Of a stretch of DNA of 64,000 bases, positions 40,601 through 52,900 are shown one piece after another. Every line of letters starts with the position of its first letter. The stretch's first letter is position 1. The translations under genes were made by a program, and so were the position numbers. Source of the stretch: Mytilus trossulus (lineage: Eukaryota); NCBI RefSeq assembly GCF_036588685.1, contig NC_086379.1, positions 12,214,001 through 12,278,000 of the forward strand, in the 5' to 3' direction. Under the pieces are notes generated by a model. The model was not told where the DNA came from. It did no database searches and saw nothing but the letters and a program-made list of their open reading frames with translations.

Positions 40601-43600
40601 AAACTGCAATAGATTTAATAGTGAATACAGATACTAATCACGCGTCCTGAGTGTATCCCCCAAGTCCCAGAAATATCGTTTTGCCTAGAAGATTAATGAT
40701 ATGACATTGTTTTGACAAGAAACTAAACCGGAAGACGATTTCAAAACATGATGTGATGCTTAGATCATTTTTTTGACAGCTAATAGATTTCTAATTTACA
40801 TTACAGTTGTTAACCATTCCTTTGATTTGTTTGAACTTTTGGTTTTGTTATTTGATTAGGGACTTCCCAGTTTTGAATTTTCCTCGAAGTTCAATATTAT
40901 TGTAATTTTACTTTTCACAAACAAACAAAATGTAGCAAAAAAACAACAGTATAGAAAACAAGCACAAATAAGAATATGCATGTATATATATACTTTTTAC
41001 ATAAGGATATTTTTTAATGTAGTTAGGTTTCTCTTTAAACTCATTAACTGTCCTTATGTTTGATTTTCGTGTCTTTCAGGACGAACGTACATGGTATTTG
41101 ACATTTAAGGCACATGACAATCATGGAGATGTAAGTATAGGTAGTAGATGAGCTTTAGAATTTTTATACGAGGATAGCATGCAAGCATGCAACGAAAACA
41201 TCTATAACACAAGGCATGTTTATTTTATTCTCTTAAAATTGCATTTGATTTACCTCTCTACGTTCAATTTAATGACATTGCAAACGGCAATTTCTAAATT
41301 AAATTATTCTCATAGAAGCGATCTTGCAGACGATGTGAAGGATCAGATTAGAGTCATTATATGAAAATGTGTACCTTTTAAATTGTGTATTTTGAAATAG
41401 TTCAATCACAAATAATTACACTTTATGCTGTAGATCACCTATTTTTTTTTCATGCGACTGATAGACCTTTCATTTTATTCACCTCGTATTTATATTGTCA
41501 AATTAAGTACAACAAATTTAATTCGACGTATATTTTCTATTGGTTTCGTTGCTTAATATGAAATTAAGTATAATTTACTAAAATCATATTAATAAATGTT
41601 ATTTAAAAAAATTAGATGTACTGTGATTGCCTATGAGATAACTATCCATTAGTTTAAAACTGATGTCCGATATCCTACTTGGTTTATTCATAACAGTGTC
41701 AGTTAAAAGTGTCTTACTTTTTCAGACTTCATGGACTTTGCCACTACATATTGATGATGAAAATGACAACGCTCCATTCTTTGCACACGACCATTATCAT
41801 TCTGTTGTTGGATATGTAAGTATACCATGATATATTTCGTACAATTCAATTTATATAATGAACTCGCAAAAATTGTTTTAAACATGTCAAATGCAATCTA
41901 AAGCCTTAATAAGATTTCAACCGTATCACAACTTCAGTTACTGATATTTGTTAAATACATTTCCAACAAGATTACACGACACCTATAGAGCGACTTAAGT
42001 ATGCAAAATGATTGGTTGAATATCTGTCGGTTGCTTAATGTCTATTGTGAATGTTTTATGAATATTCAGGACGAACATAAATATGACGCAGTGGATATGT
42101 CATGGTAATACATATATAACCTGCTTAAGCTTTGATATGGTCGACATCTTTTGTGTTTGATATCTTAAATTATGAAGCAAGTGTTTCATATCTTAATCGT
42201 TTGAGCAAATGATTAAATGCCTTTGTGTAAGCTAACGTATTTTTGGTTTCACTTTGTAGTTCATATACCTAAGAAATTAATCACTTAGTACATCGGTACA
42301 TTGAATATTTACATTTCGATTTATTCCACTTTTGTAGGGATTGGCAGTTGGGTCTAAAATTTTACACGTGACTGCAATGGATGCAGACGAAGGACCAAAT
42401 GCAGCAATAAGCTACTCCATGAGCGTATGTTTTATCTTGTTGATAATTGACTAGTCAAAATTTACTATTTTTGTAAAGTACCGTGCAGTCTATGAAAGTC
42501 CGTAATAAAATAGAAACCAAACAGAATAATCTGAAGAATGTAATATTTATAATGAAGCACTGCATTCCCGAATTTGATTTTGGAATCACGCAAGAAGTTT
42601 AGGAATATAAAGTATTTTTAATATTGAAATATGAGTAATTGTCAAGCAATTTGAACAATGCCAACAGTGATTTAGCACTCTTTGCATCCTACTTTAACTG
42701 AATCCAATGTTTGGAAGACAATCCAATAATTGAATTCCTAATAGTTTGCGCCGTTAATTGCTGCTAATTATTGTTCTATCTTTCTTCTTTAAAAGAAGCA
42801 TATCTATGTAATTCCTATGTGTATATTCACCAAATCATATAAATGATATAAGTAATGAAATATTGCTAAATATTTAATATATTATTCAGCCCTACCATGT
42901 TTCATCTCCCTCGTCAAGATACAATGCTTTTGAAATCGATCCAAACACCGGAGGTATAACTTTAAAGGAGGAGCTCCAGCATGGTCACACAACGTATCAT
43001 TATCAAGTAAATGCAACGGTCAGTATACCTTCTGTATCTTTCAAATGAAATGTCCTCACGTTAATGAAGGGATATTCACCACCAAATTCAAATGGTCAAC
43101 GTGTGGAATGTTGAGATTTTTCAGATTATAAAATTGATTTATATTGATCTGAAATATTTCCTCTTGATATTAAAATATGAATACAAATTGCATTTGACAG
43201 ATCTAAATGTTTGGCCTACAACATTAATATTTTCCACACTTATGCGTTAATTGTTTAATACGAGTCTGTCTGTGAAAGAAATTTTACATAGATTTAAGTA
43301 TTAAACATAGAGCACTGTGTCTAACTATTATAATACAAAATTTACAAAAAACACATGTTTAAGAAACGGTCATTTATTAAATTGGTTTCCATATTGAAAA
43401 TATTACATTCTCACAAACTAATATAAAACTTTGTCACTCGATCTTGATCTATATTTTTCTACTATAATTTGAAAATCAAATCGGCAAAAACGTATACATT
43501 TGATAGATAAAATGATAAGTATTTTGTACTTGTAGTATGTATATTTTTTTTTCCTTTTATCCTTTTCATGATATCGTTTATTTTTCAGGACAATGGTGTT

Positions 43601-43651
43601 CCGAAACAATCATCATCAACACTGGTCAATATCGAAATATTCGATTTCTGA
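37615..43651 (+). CDS. Secreted two-cadherin-domain protein, paralogue B (236 aa)
   Basis: Exons 37615-37657 (signal peptide MFWKYVAVLTILMF), 38729-38815, 40112-40272, 41080-41130, 41726-41815, 42338-42424, 42890-43018, 43589-43651 (TGA); 711 nt in frame. Internal exon sizes 161/51/90/87/129 are identical to paralogue A. Motifs KENS, PDRE, DDENDNAPFF, DADEGPNA, ATDNG. Confidence 0.88.
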
Positions 43652-43954
43652 AGCTATTGGATAACATGACAGAAATAAAATTAAGAAGAAAATCAGTTGT
43701 AACTAGATTCTTGAATAGTATTCATAAAATGAATGATCCCTTCAAACTGTTTGCATTAACTGTTTTTACTATGGCTATATAATGTTTGTCTTGTGACCCA
43801 CGTGTACTTCCCTGCATATTAAATCAAACATGCAGACTGATATAATCACTCCTTTTTGTATTTAAGTACAGTATAGTTATAAAATTGTATAAAACTTGGT
43901 AAAAATGAGTGTATAAAATAATATCAAAAAATTGATTTGAATAACAACGATTTT

Positions 43955-46900
43955 CTAATTCTTTTCCGACACTTCAGTCCCATTACGCCCCCATTCTCTG
44001 TTTCTGAGTTCAACTCTTCTAATTTTACCACTGACCGTCTTTGGCAACTGGTCCACAAATTCAATCTATAAAACATGTTTTTTTTCGTTTTTAACAGTGT
44101 GTTATATTGTAGGTACATTAATAGACATCAAGAAGTAGGGAACAAAACGGAATTACTAAAATGAGTAGCAAATTATTTATACACGATGTAAAATCGTAAC
44201 AAAAAAGGAACGAATAATCAATTTAAAAACTAATACAATATCATATAAGATAGAGTATTGGTACATATAATGGTTATCAAAGGTGACAGGCTTATAATCT
44301 GATACGCCAGACGTCCGTAATACCCTGTCGAAAACGAGAGAACATTGTCTTTCATTTGTTTGCTAAATGTTTGAAAAAGGTTAATAATTTCGAAAGAAAC
44401 GCTCATTGTTATAATTTCAAAATAAATTGATTAAATAAAAGTTTTTCACAATTATTCTTTGCCAAGCACTTAATGTCTTTATACATAGAAACACGCGAGT
44501 TTTCTATTAGACAAATATAGTTAAAAATAAAATATGCTATGTCTTCGATAAAATTGATTTCATTGTCTAGTACGACGTTATAATTACAGGTTTTGTCTTT
44601 AAAGTCGTCGGATTCAACTGAACTTAAGCAATGATTAATAATGTTTAAATAATGATGTACTGTTAAGCTGATTTATTGGTGCAATCGTTAATATGTACTT
44701 GTATAGTTCTTAAAGGTCTTGATCACAATATGCCTTAGTCTATTATATTTAGTTTTTTAAACAAACATGATATTCCAAAACAGTTTCAAAATCTATTATG
44801 TACTCTCACAGATTTTAACTGATTAAGTGTGCTTACTTGGTTTATAAAAACGATTAAAATTGGATAATCGAATAGCGACGGATTTGTCATTTCAACGAGT
44901 GTGTCTTTGATAGAATGTGATCAATCTTGTGTCATGCGATCTCCTCGGTTTGTGTGTAACATTCATGTGTGTCTTCCTACTCAGCGTCTGAAACTACATC
45001 GATTTTGTGTGTTGCATTTGTGTTACTTGATTTGTCTGTTCTAACGTAGTGTCTGCGATTCCCTCGATTTTGTGTGTTACTTGATTTGTCTGTTCTTACG
45101 TAGTGTCTGCGATTCCCTTGATTTTGTGTGTAACTTGATTTGTTTGTTCTTACGTAGTGTCTGCGATTCCCTCGATTTTGTGTGTAACTTGATTTGTTTG
45201 TTCTTACGTAGTGTCTTCGATTCCCTCGATTTTGTGTGTAACTTGATTTGTTTGTTCTTACGTAGTCTCTGCGATTCCCTCGATTTTGTGTGTTACTTGA
45301 TTTGTCTTTTCTTACGTAGTGTCTTCGATTCCCTTGATTTTGTGTGTAACTTGATTTGTTTGTTCTTACGTAGTGTCTGCGATTCCCTCGATTTTGTGTG
45401 TAACTTGATTTGTTTGTTCTTACGTAGTGTCTGCGATTCCCTCGATTTTGTGTGTAACTTGATTTGTTTGTTCTTACGTAGTGTCTGCGATTCCCTCGAT
45501 TTTGTGTGTAACTTGATTTGTATGTTCTTACGTAGTGTCTGCGATTCCCTCGATTTTGTGTGTTACTTGATTTGTCTTTTCTTACGTAGTGTCTTCGATT
45601 CCCTTGATTTTGTATGTAACTTGATTTGTCTGTTCTTACGTAGTGTCTGCGATTCCCTCGATTTTGTGTGTAACTTGATTTGTTTGTTCTTACGTAGTGT
45701 CTGCGATTCCCTCGATTTTGTGTGTAACTTGATCCGTCTGCTCTTACGTAGTGTCTGCGATTCCCTCGATTTTGTGTGTTACTTGATTTGTCTTTTCTTA
45801 CGTAGTGTCTTCGATTCCCTTGATTTTGTGTGTAACTTGATTTGTTTGTTCTTACGTAGTGTCTGCGATTCCCTCGACTTTGTGTGTAACTTGATTTGTT
45901 TGTTCTTACGTAGTGTCTGCGATTCCCTCGATTTTGTGTGTAACTTGATTTGTTTGTTCTTACGTAGTGTCTGCGATTCTCTCGATTTTGTGTGTTACTT
46001 GATCCGTCTGCTCTTACGTAGTGTCTGCGATTCCCTCGACTTTGTGTGTAACTTGATTTGTTTGTTCTTACGTTGTGTCTGCGATTCCATCGATTTTGTG
46101 TGTAACTTGATTTGTTTGTTCTTACGTAGTGTCTGCGATTCCCTCGATTTTGTGTGTAACTTGATTTGTTTGTTCTTACGTAGTGTCTGCGATTTCCTCG
46201 ATTTTAACGTGTTACATTGATGTGTCTCTTCCTAAGCATGGTCTGCGATTCCCTTACATTTAATTTGTAGTTTACTTTGATGTGTCTCTACCTGGGCAGC
46301 GTCTCGTCTTGCTCTTTTAAGCTGGGATCTAATTATAATGGGCATGTAATCTATTGCTTGGTTGTCTTTTATCACAAGCCCAGTAATCAGCACTTTTTGT
46401 GCTAACATGAATTATAATTGATATGGTTTTATTTATAACTTTACAAATTTTTGAATTTTTTGAAATGCTAAGGCTTTTCTACGTCCGGCATAGATTACCT
46501 TAGCTGTATATGGCAAAACTTTTAGGAATTTTGGTTCTCAATGCTCTTCAACTTCGTACTTTATTTGGCCTTTTTAACTCTTTTGGATTCGGGCGTCACT
46601 GATGAGTCCTTTGTGGACGAAACGCGCGTCTCGTGTATATACTAAGTTTAGTCCTGGTATATATGATGAGTTTATTTAGTCATTTTAATCACCATATTAT
46701 ATAAATACTTTTTTTTCTATTTAACTTATTTGATTTCTAGCATGAACGTAAAGTTCAGTTGTAAGTTTTACCTTTCTTGGATATTTATAAGGAGCTGTGA
46801 CAGATTTTACATGGTTCTGTAGTTCTAGTCTTAACTTTTCTTTGTCGTGTTTGGAATATTGCTCTGTTAGAATTACAAATGCTTTTACTACCTACAATAT

Positions 46901-49900
46901 ATCACAAGAGAATTTGTGTGTTTAAAAAGTTATTAAAGTAAGTGAAAAATGTCATAATAAAACCTTTAAGCATCACATGTTCATGATGTTGTCATAATTG
47001 TGAAATTGTAAAATGTACATTAGACAACATCCGATATCGATTAATATACGATACATTATAATAGAAGAAATCTATTTTTTGTTTAACTGTCAGTAGACAA
47101 AACAAGTTCAATGTTTCAAAGCATCAGTTTGCAAAATAATTTACATTATTTTTAACAACATAAAAACGTAGGATTTATTTATGTGTCTTCAACATATGCG
47201 GGATTTTCTCGCTACATTGGAGACCTGTTGAACATTATTTGTTGGTGACCATCTGCTGTTGTTTTTTCTATGGTCGGGTTGTTGTCTCTTTGACACATTC
47301 CCCATTCCCATTTCCAATTTTATTTCTTGAAATTAGAATTTTATATACCTCTCCTCTTACATCATCCGGGCTGCTTACTACTGCCGATTCCAGAACTGCT
47401 GGATGTTCAATCAATGCACTCTCAACTTCAAAAGGACCTATTCGATAACTAAAGACAACATGTTTTTTTTTAAAACTGCAATATATACTTGTACTAATTA
47501 AAATCTTAAGTTCATTTGTATAGACCGACCATACGGTTTCTTTGTGTTTTTTTGTCTCATTGTTGAAACCCGTACAGTTGCCGTATTTGCTTACATCCAC
47601 TTGATTTGAACTTAAGGGACTAGTTCCTGACGTTATCTCATTGGCTAATATACCACTCCTCTTTATTGTTATATCAAAACAGATTCATTGCTATATCAGT
47701 TGATTCAAATAACTTTTACGATTAATAGAGTGACCAACTTGGCTCAAGCATTTTAAATAAAATAATCCTCATATCCCCTATAAAAAGACATTATTTTTAC
47801 TTGATTCATACATACCCAGAGGACAACATGACATCATCATCACGTCCAATAAACCAAATGTAGTCATCTTCATCCATTTTCCCACGGTCACCAGTTAAGT
47901 AAAAGTCACCTTTAAAGACAGCTTTATTTCTGTTATCATCATCCTGCAACAATTTAAGGCAAATTGTTTGTAATTCAGTTTGTTACCATTGGCATATAAA
48001 TGTATGTCCTTTACATAAGTGTACATGAATGATCCATATACAAAACCGTTTTACAAAAATATGGAGCGTCAAGGTAAGTTCGGTTAAACGGAAGTTCATA
48101 AAACCTGACGTAACAAAACGTTAGACTATATCAACCAACGAACAGATAGAAAAACTAGTCATGTACACATTTGCATAAACAACTGACTGAAAACGTTCTC
48201 AAAATTAGATACATTAGACAGCTGATATCTTGCTTTTTCTGAAAAATAAGTAACACCAATTTTTTTTTTAAAGTTACTCTCTAAAAAGATTGAATAGATT
48301 AAAATACAACCTAAAATGCAAAAATAAAATATTCTTTTGTGATGTCACCATGTTGTTGCAAATGGTCAGATAAACTCCCCATGAAGCAGCAGCTTACCTA
48401 ATTATAAATTACATTAGATTAACAAAAATACGAAAAACAAGATCCATATGTAGCAGCATTAGATAAGATTATACTTTACGTTCTGTTTTACCTAAAAGGA
48501 CATGGTAGAAGGGGTTTTGCATGGATTATGCATGGAAAATTAAATTTTGTGTGATTAAATAAGAATAGAATATCGAAATAATTGAGAGATAAGAAAAAGA
48601 TTAAATGGGGTCATCTTTTTTTTTAGCTGAATAAAAAAACTAAGAAATTCTATTATTTGAGTTATCTAGCTCTCCTACTATCTGATTATTCTCAACTTAT
48701 GGGGAAAATTTCTTACACATAAGTTACATACTACTCTCAAAATTTGTACATTTCATGAAAGATCTAGACCAAGTGTTATCGTTTATTTCAAAATCCAAGA
48801 TAGCGGAAAACACACCAGATAATTAAAGTCGATTTTAACCTAATTTATACTTATTTTTAACACTAATAAAAAAAAAACTGTCACCATAAAGATGCTCAAC
48901 TTCATATTATGTCGAAATCAATATCTAAATTTGTGCACTTTAGATCCTGGTATTATAGTTTAAGGGATATTGGAAATTTACTTTGGGGGATTGCAATTTG
49001 ATAATACAGACTCTTTATCGTTTCAATTTGATGTATAAAACAAAAAATAGTATGTAACATAGATATAGAAACAATAAAACGTTAATAACACAAAAAATAA
49101 AATTTCTCAGTCATACAATATTATTGTACATTTATATTTTAATAAGTGCCAATTATTCTACTTATCATTAATACAACATGGTATTATTACTTACGACGTA
49201 ATGGGAAAACAATCCCATTGGTCGAACAGGCTTTACTCTTACACCAATCACACCTTCTATGTTTCGAGGTAACACATTGCCATCATTGTCGACTATCTAC
49301 AAGAACATTATTTCAAATGATCGAATGCTAGTACATTGTACTTAATGACTGTATTAAATCGTCACCATTGTATCAAATGTGAATGTCTACCATATTCGCA
49401 AAGAATCAACCAACAACTATTTCATGTGTTGCTGTTTTTTCTTGTACGTCATAGGTGTTTTTTTGGGGGGGTTTTTTGGTTCTTTTTTTTAATAGCTTTG
49501 TTTTTTGTTTTCGATCAATTCTGTTGTCCTTCAAATTAGAATGTGAGATGGCTTTACAAATGAAAACAACACATTAGATAATTTCATGCATACGAAGCGC
49601 TTTTTATCGACTTGTTCCCTCTAAATCGAATATTTAAAAACCGAAATAACTTTTTGAAGTTCACAGGAATATTTCATGTTTTTACGCAATTAACCATCGA
49701 TTATGAACTTTGATTGTTTTGGAAAACTTTGTGGTGTAAAGAACACACAATTTGATAAATTCTTAACGTGGAAATACCGAAACTAGAAGTTTTTGTTGCG
49801 TATCGTAGAAGACTGCTGTGTAATGTTCTCATAGGTTTATGAAAGTTTTTCATTTTGTTTGATCATAAATATAAGAAATAAAATTGAGAATGGAAATGGG

Positions 49901-52900
49901 GAATGTGTCAAAGAGACAACAACCCGACCAAAATAAAAAAACACAACAGCAGAAGGTCACCAACAGGTCTTCAATGTAGCGAGAAATTCCCGCACCCGAA
50001 GGCGTTCTTCAGCTGGCGCCTAAACAAATATATACTAGTTCAGTGATAATGAACGCCATACTAATTTCAAATTGTACACAAGAAACTAAAATTTAAATAA
50101 TACAAGACTAACAAAGGCCAGAGGCTCCTGACTTGGGACAGGCGCAAAAATGCGGCGGGGTTAAACATGTTTGTGAGATCTCAACCCTCCCCCTATACCT
50201 CTAACCAGTGTAGAAAAGTAAAAGCATAACAATACGCACATTAAAATTCAGTTCAAGAGAAGTCCGAGTCTGATGTCAGAAGATGTAACCAAAGAAAATA
50301 AACAAAATGACAATAATACATAAATAACAACAGACTACTAGCAGTTAACTGACATGCCAGCTCCAGACTTCAATTAAACTGACTGAAAGATTATGATTTC
50401 ATCATATGAACATCAGGCACAATCCTTCCCGTAAGGGGTTTAGTATCATACCATCATAACATATATGAGAAGAACATAACCCGTGTCATGCCAACAACTG
50501 TTTTTAGAATAAATGTGTTTAGTTCCGACGCAAAGACCTTATCAGTGACTCAATATTAACTCCAAAATATGCAATCTTTAATGACTTGACAACAGTATCG
50601 TAATTATATCCCTTCTTAATAAGTCTATTCAAAGGTTTTGTAAGTTTATGAGGTGAATACTGACACCTTTGTGCTTTATAAAGAATATTTCCATAAAAAA
50701 TTGGATGTGAAATACCTGAACGTATAAAAAGTCTGCATGTTGAGCTATATTTACGAATGATGTCTTTATACCGATGATAAAATTTAGTAAATGTTTTGAC
50801 TAGTTTGTGATATCGAAAACCCTGGTGTAATAATTTTTCAGTAATACATAAATTTCTCTCGTTAAAATCTAAAACATTGTTACATACACGAGCGAATCGT
50901 ACAAGTTGAGATATATAAACACCGTAAGATGGTGACAAGGGAACGTCACCATCTAAAAACGGATAATTAACGATAGGAAATGAAAAATCATCCCTTTTAT
51001 CATAAATTTTAGTATTCAGCTTTCCGTTAGTGATATAGATATCAAAATCGAGGAAAGGGCAGTGGTCATTGTTAGTATTAGCTTTATTTAAAGTGAGTTC
51101 ACCAGGATAAATTTCATTAATATACATACTGAAGTCGTCATTATTGAGAGCCAAAATATCATCCAAATATCTAAAAGTATTATTAAATTTGTTTATCAGA
51201 TGTTGTTTTGACGGGTCTTTGCTTATTTTTGTCATAAATTGTAACTCGTAACAATACAAAAAGAGGTCCGCAATAAGTGGTGCACAGTTAGTCCCCATTG
51301 GAATTCCGATAATCTGACGATATACGGAATCCCCAAAGCGAACAAAAATGTTATCTAGTAAAAATTCAAGGGCATATAAAGTATCAAAGCATGTCCAATT
51401 AACATAGTTTTTTTGTTTATTGCTACTAAAAAATGACCTAAAAGAGTTTGAACATATATATTCACATTCTGATTTTTTGAATGCCCATTTAATTAGGTGT
51501 GTGAATTTTTTCTTAATGAGAATGTGAGGCAATGTGGTATACAGGGTAGAAAAATCAAAACTTTGAACAGATTCAAAATCACCAATATAAGCATGCAATT
51601 TATCAAGTACTTCCAACGAGTTCTTGACACTCCAAAAGTAATTTATTCCACTATTTTCGAAGGCCTTATTTGAACAATTTATTATAAGGTTTTTAATTGT
51701 ACCAAGTGTGCTGGTAAGAATAATAGACAATTTAGTAGTTGAACAATGGCTTGAAGACGAAATAAATCTATATTTGTAAGGGGTTTTGTGTAGCTTCGGA
51801 AGCCAATACATAGTTGGAACTTTCATTGTATTTGGCTCTGCTTGTAAAGCGGTGGCTAAAAGTTTATGTTTGTTACAGATTTCGTTTTCTGAAAATGGAG
51901 TCAGTTGGAATGTTGGTGAATTGGTGATTTCCTTTTTCAGAACCTCGATGTAAAATTTACGTCAAACAATAATAATATTATTAGCAGCTTTATCGGCCGG
52001 GACAAAAACAAATTCCTTGGCTAGTTCTTTTAGTTTATGTTTGATACGAGAAATAGGTTTATTGTGGTTATTGTTAATAGTAAAATGTTCTTTAAAATGT
52101 TGAATACGTATATCAACTATCTTCATTACTGAATTAAAAAAAGAGTCCAAAGATTTTTTGTCAGCTTTTTCCCGTTTTATCCATTTCATACAGTAAGTAT
52201 GAAGTGAGTCGTGGATGATATTACGACACTCATTCCAATTAATAATTGACGGGGGACGATATTTAGGTCCTTTACTGAGAAATGATTTTAACTCTCGGTC
52301 TTGAACGATGTTAAGATCTCCTGTTATAACATGGGAAATGGGTCCATAAATATATTCGGAATTACTGCAATTACATGAAGTAGGTGTATTTTCACTGATA
52401 TTAACATCTTTACACAATTGACTATAATTAAACACAAATTTCCGGGTAGATTTCTTATAAATATAACAAATAAGAGGTAGCTCAGTATTGTCAAAATATC
52501 CAGGAATTTGTTCTTTAACAGAATGGTCGTTAAATATACCGGCAATATTTACAAAATCAAAGCCTTTATTGACATACTTAATTTTAATAAAATGTTTTTT
52601 ATGATCTTCAGGGCGATCAATTTTGGGAAATAATTTAGAATAACAATATGCCATAATAATTTGAACAATTTCATACTTAGGACTGCTATATGAAATTGTG
52701 TTGCAATCCTCCAAAATTTTATTTAACTTATTAACCGGTAACGAACAGAGTTTTGTTAACAGATAATGTCTGCCGTTGTTTTTTGAAATAGAAATTAGGT
52801 CCGAAATATTGGTATGATTGGCCCGAAATTTTCTTTGATTGCGATTTGTTCTACAACCGTGAGAACGGTTTTTACGAACAGTTTTAGAAACAATATCCAA

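Noticed and set aside
20545-43651. Paralogues A and B as internal exons of one long cadherin or of the upstream gene
   Set aside because: Each has its own signal-peptide exon and in-frame stop, and the upstream cadherin already terminates at 13345.
45072-46220. 382-aa Cys/Leu repeat ORF
   Set aside because: A by-product of a stop-free 54-bp unit; non-ATG start, intronic and antisense to ACSM, with no splice context.
49975-50020. Possible hammerhead in the Naiad pLTR (CUGAAGA followed by a hairpin)
   Set aside because: No correctly placed GAAA/stem III/UH, and other copies read CTGAAGG. It may be structured RNA but is not a supportable hammerhead.
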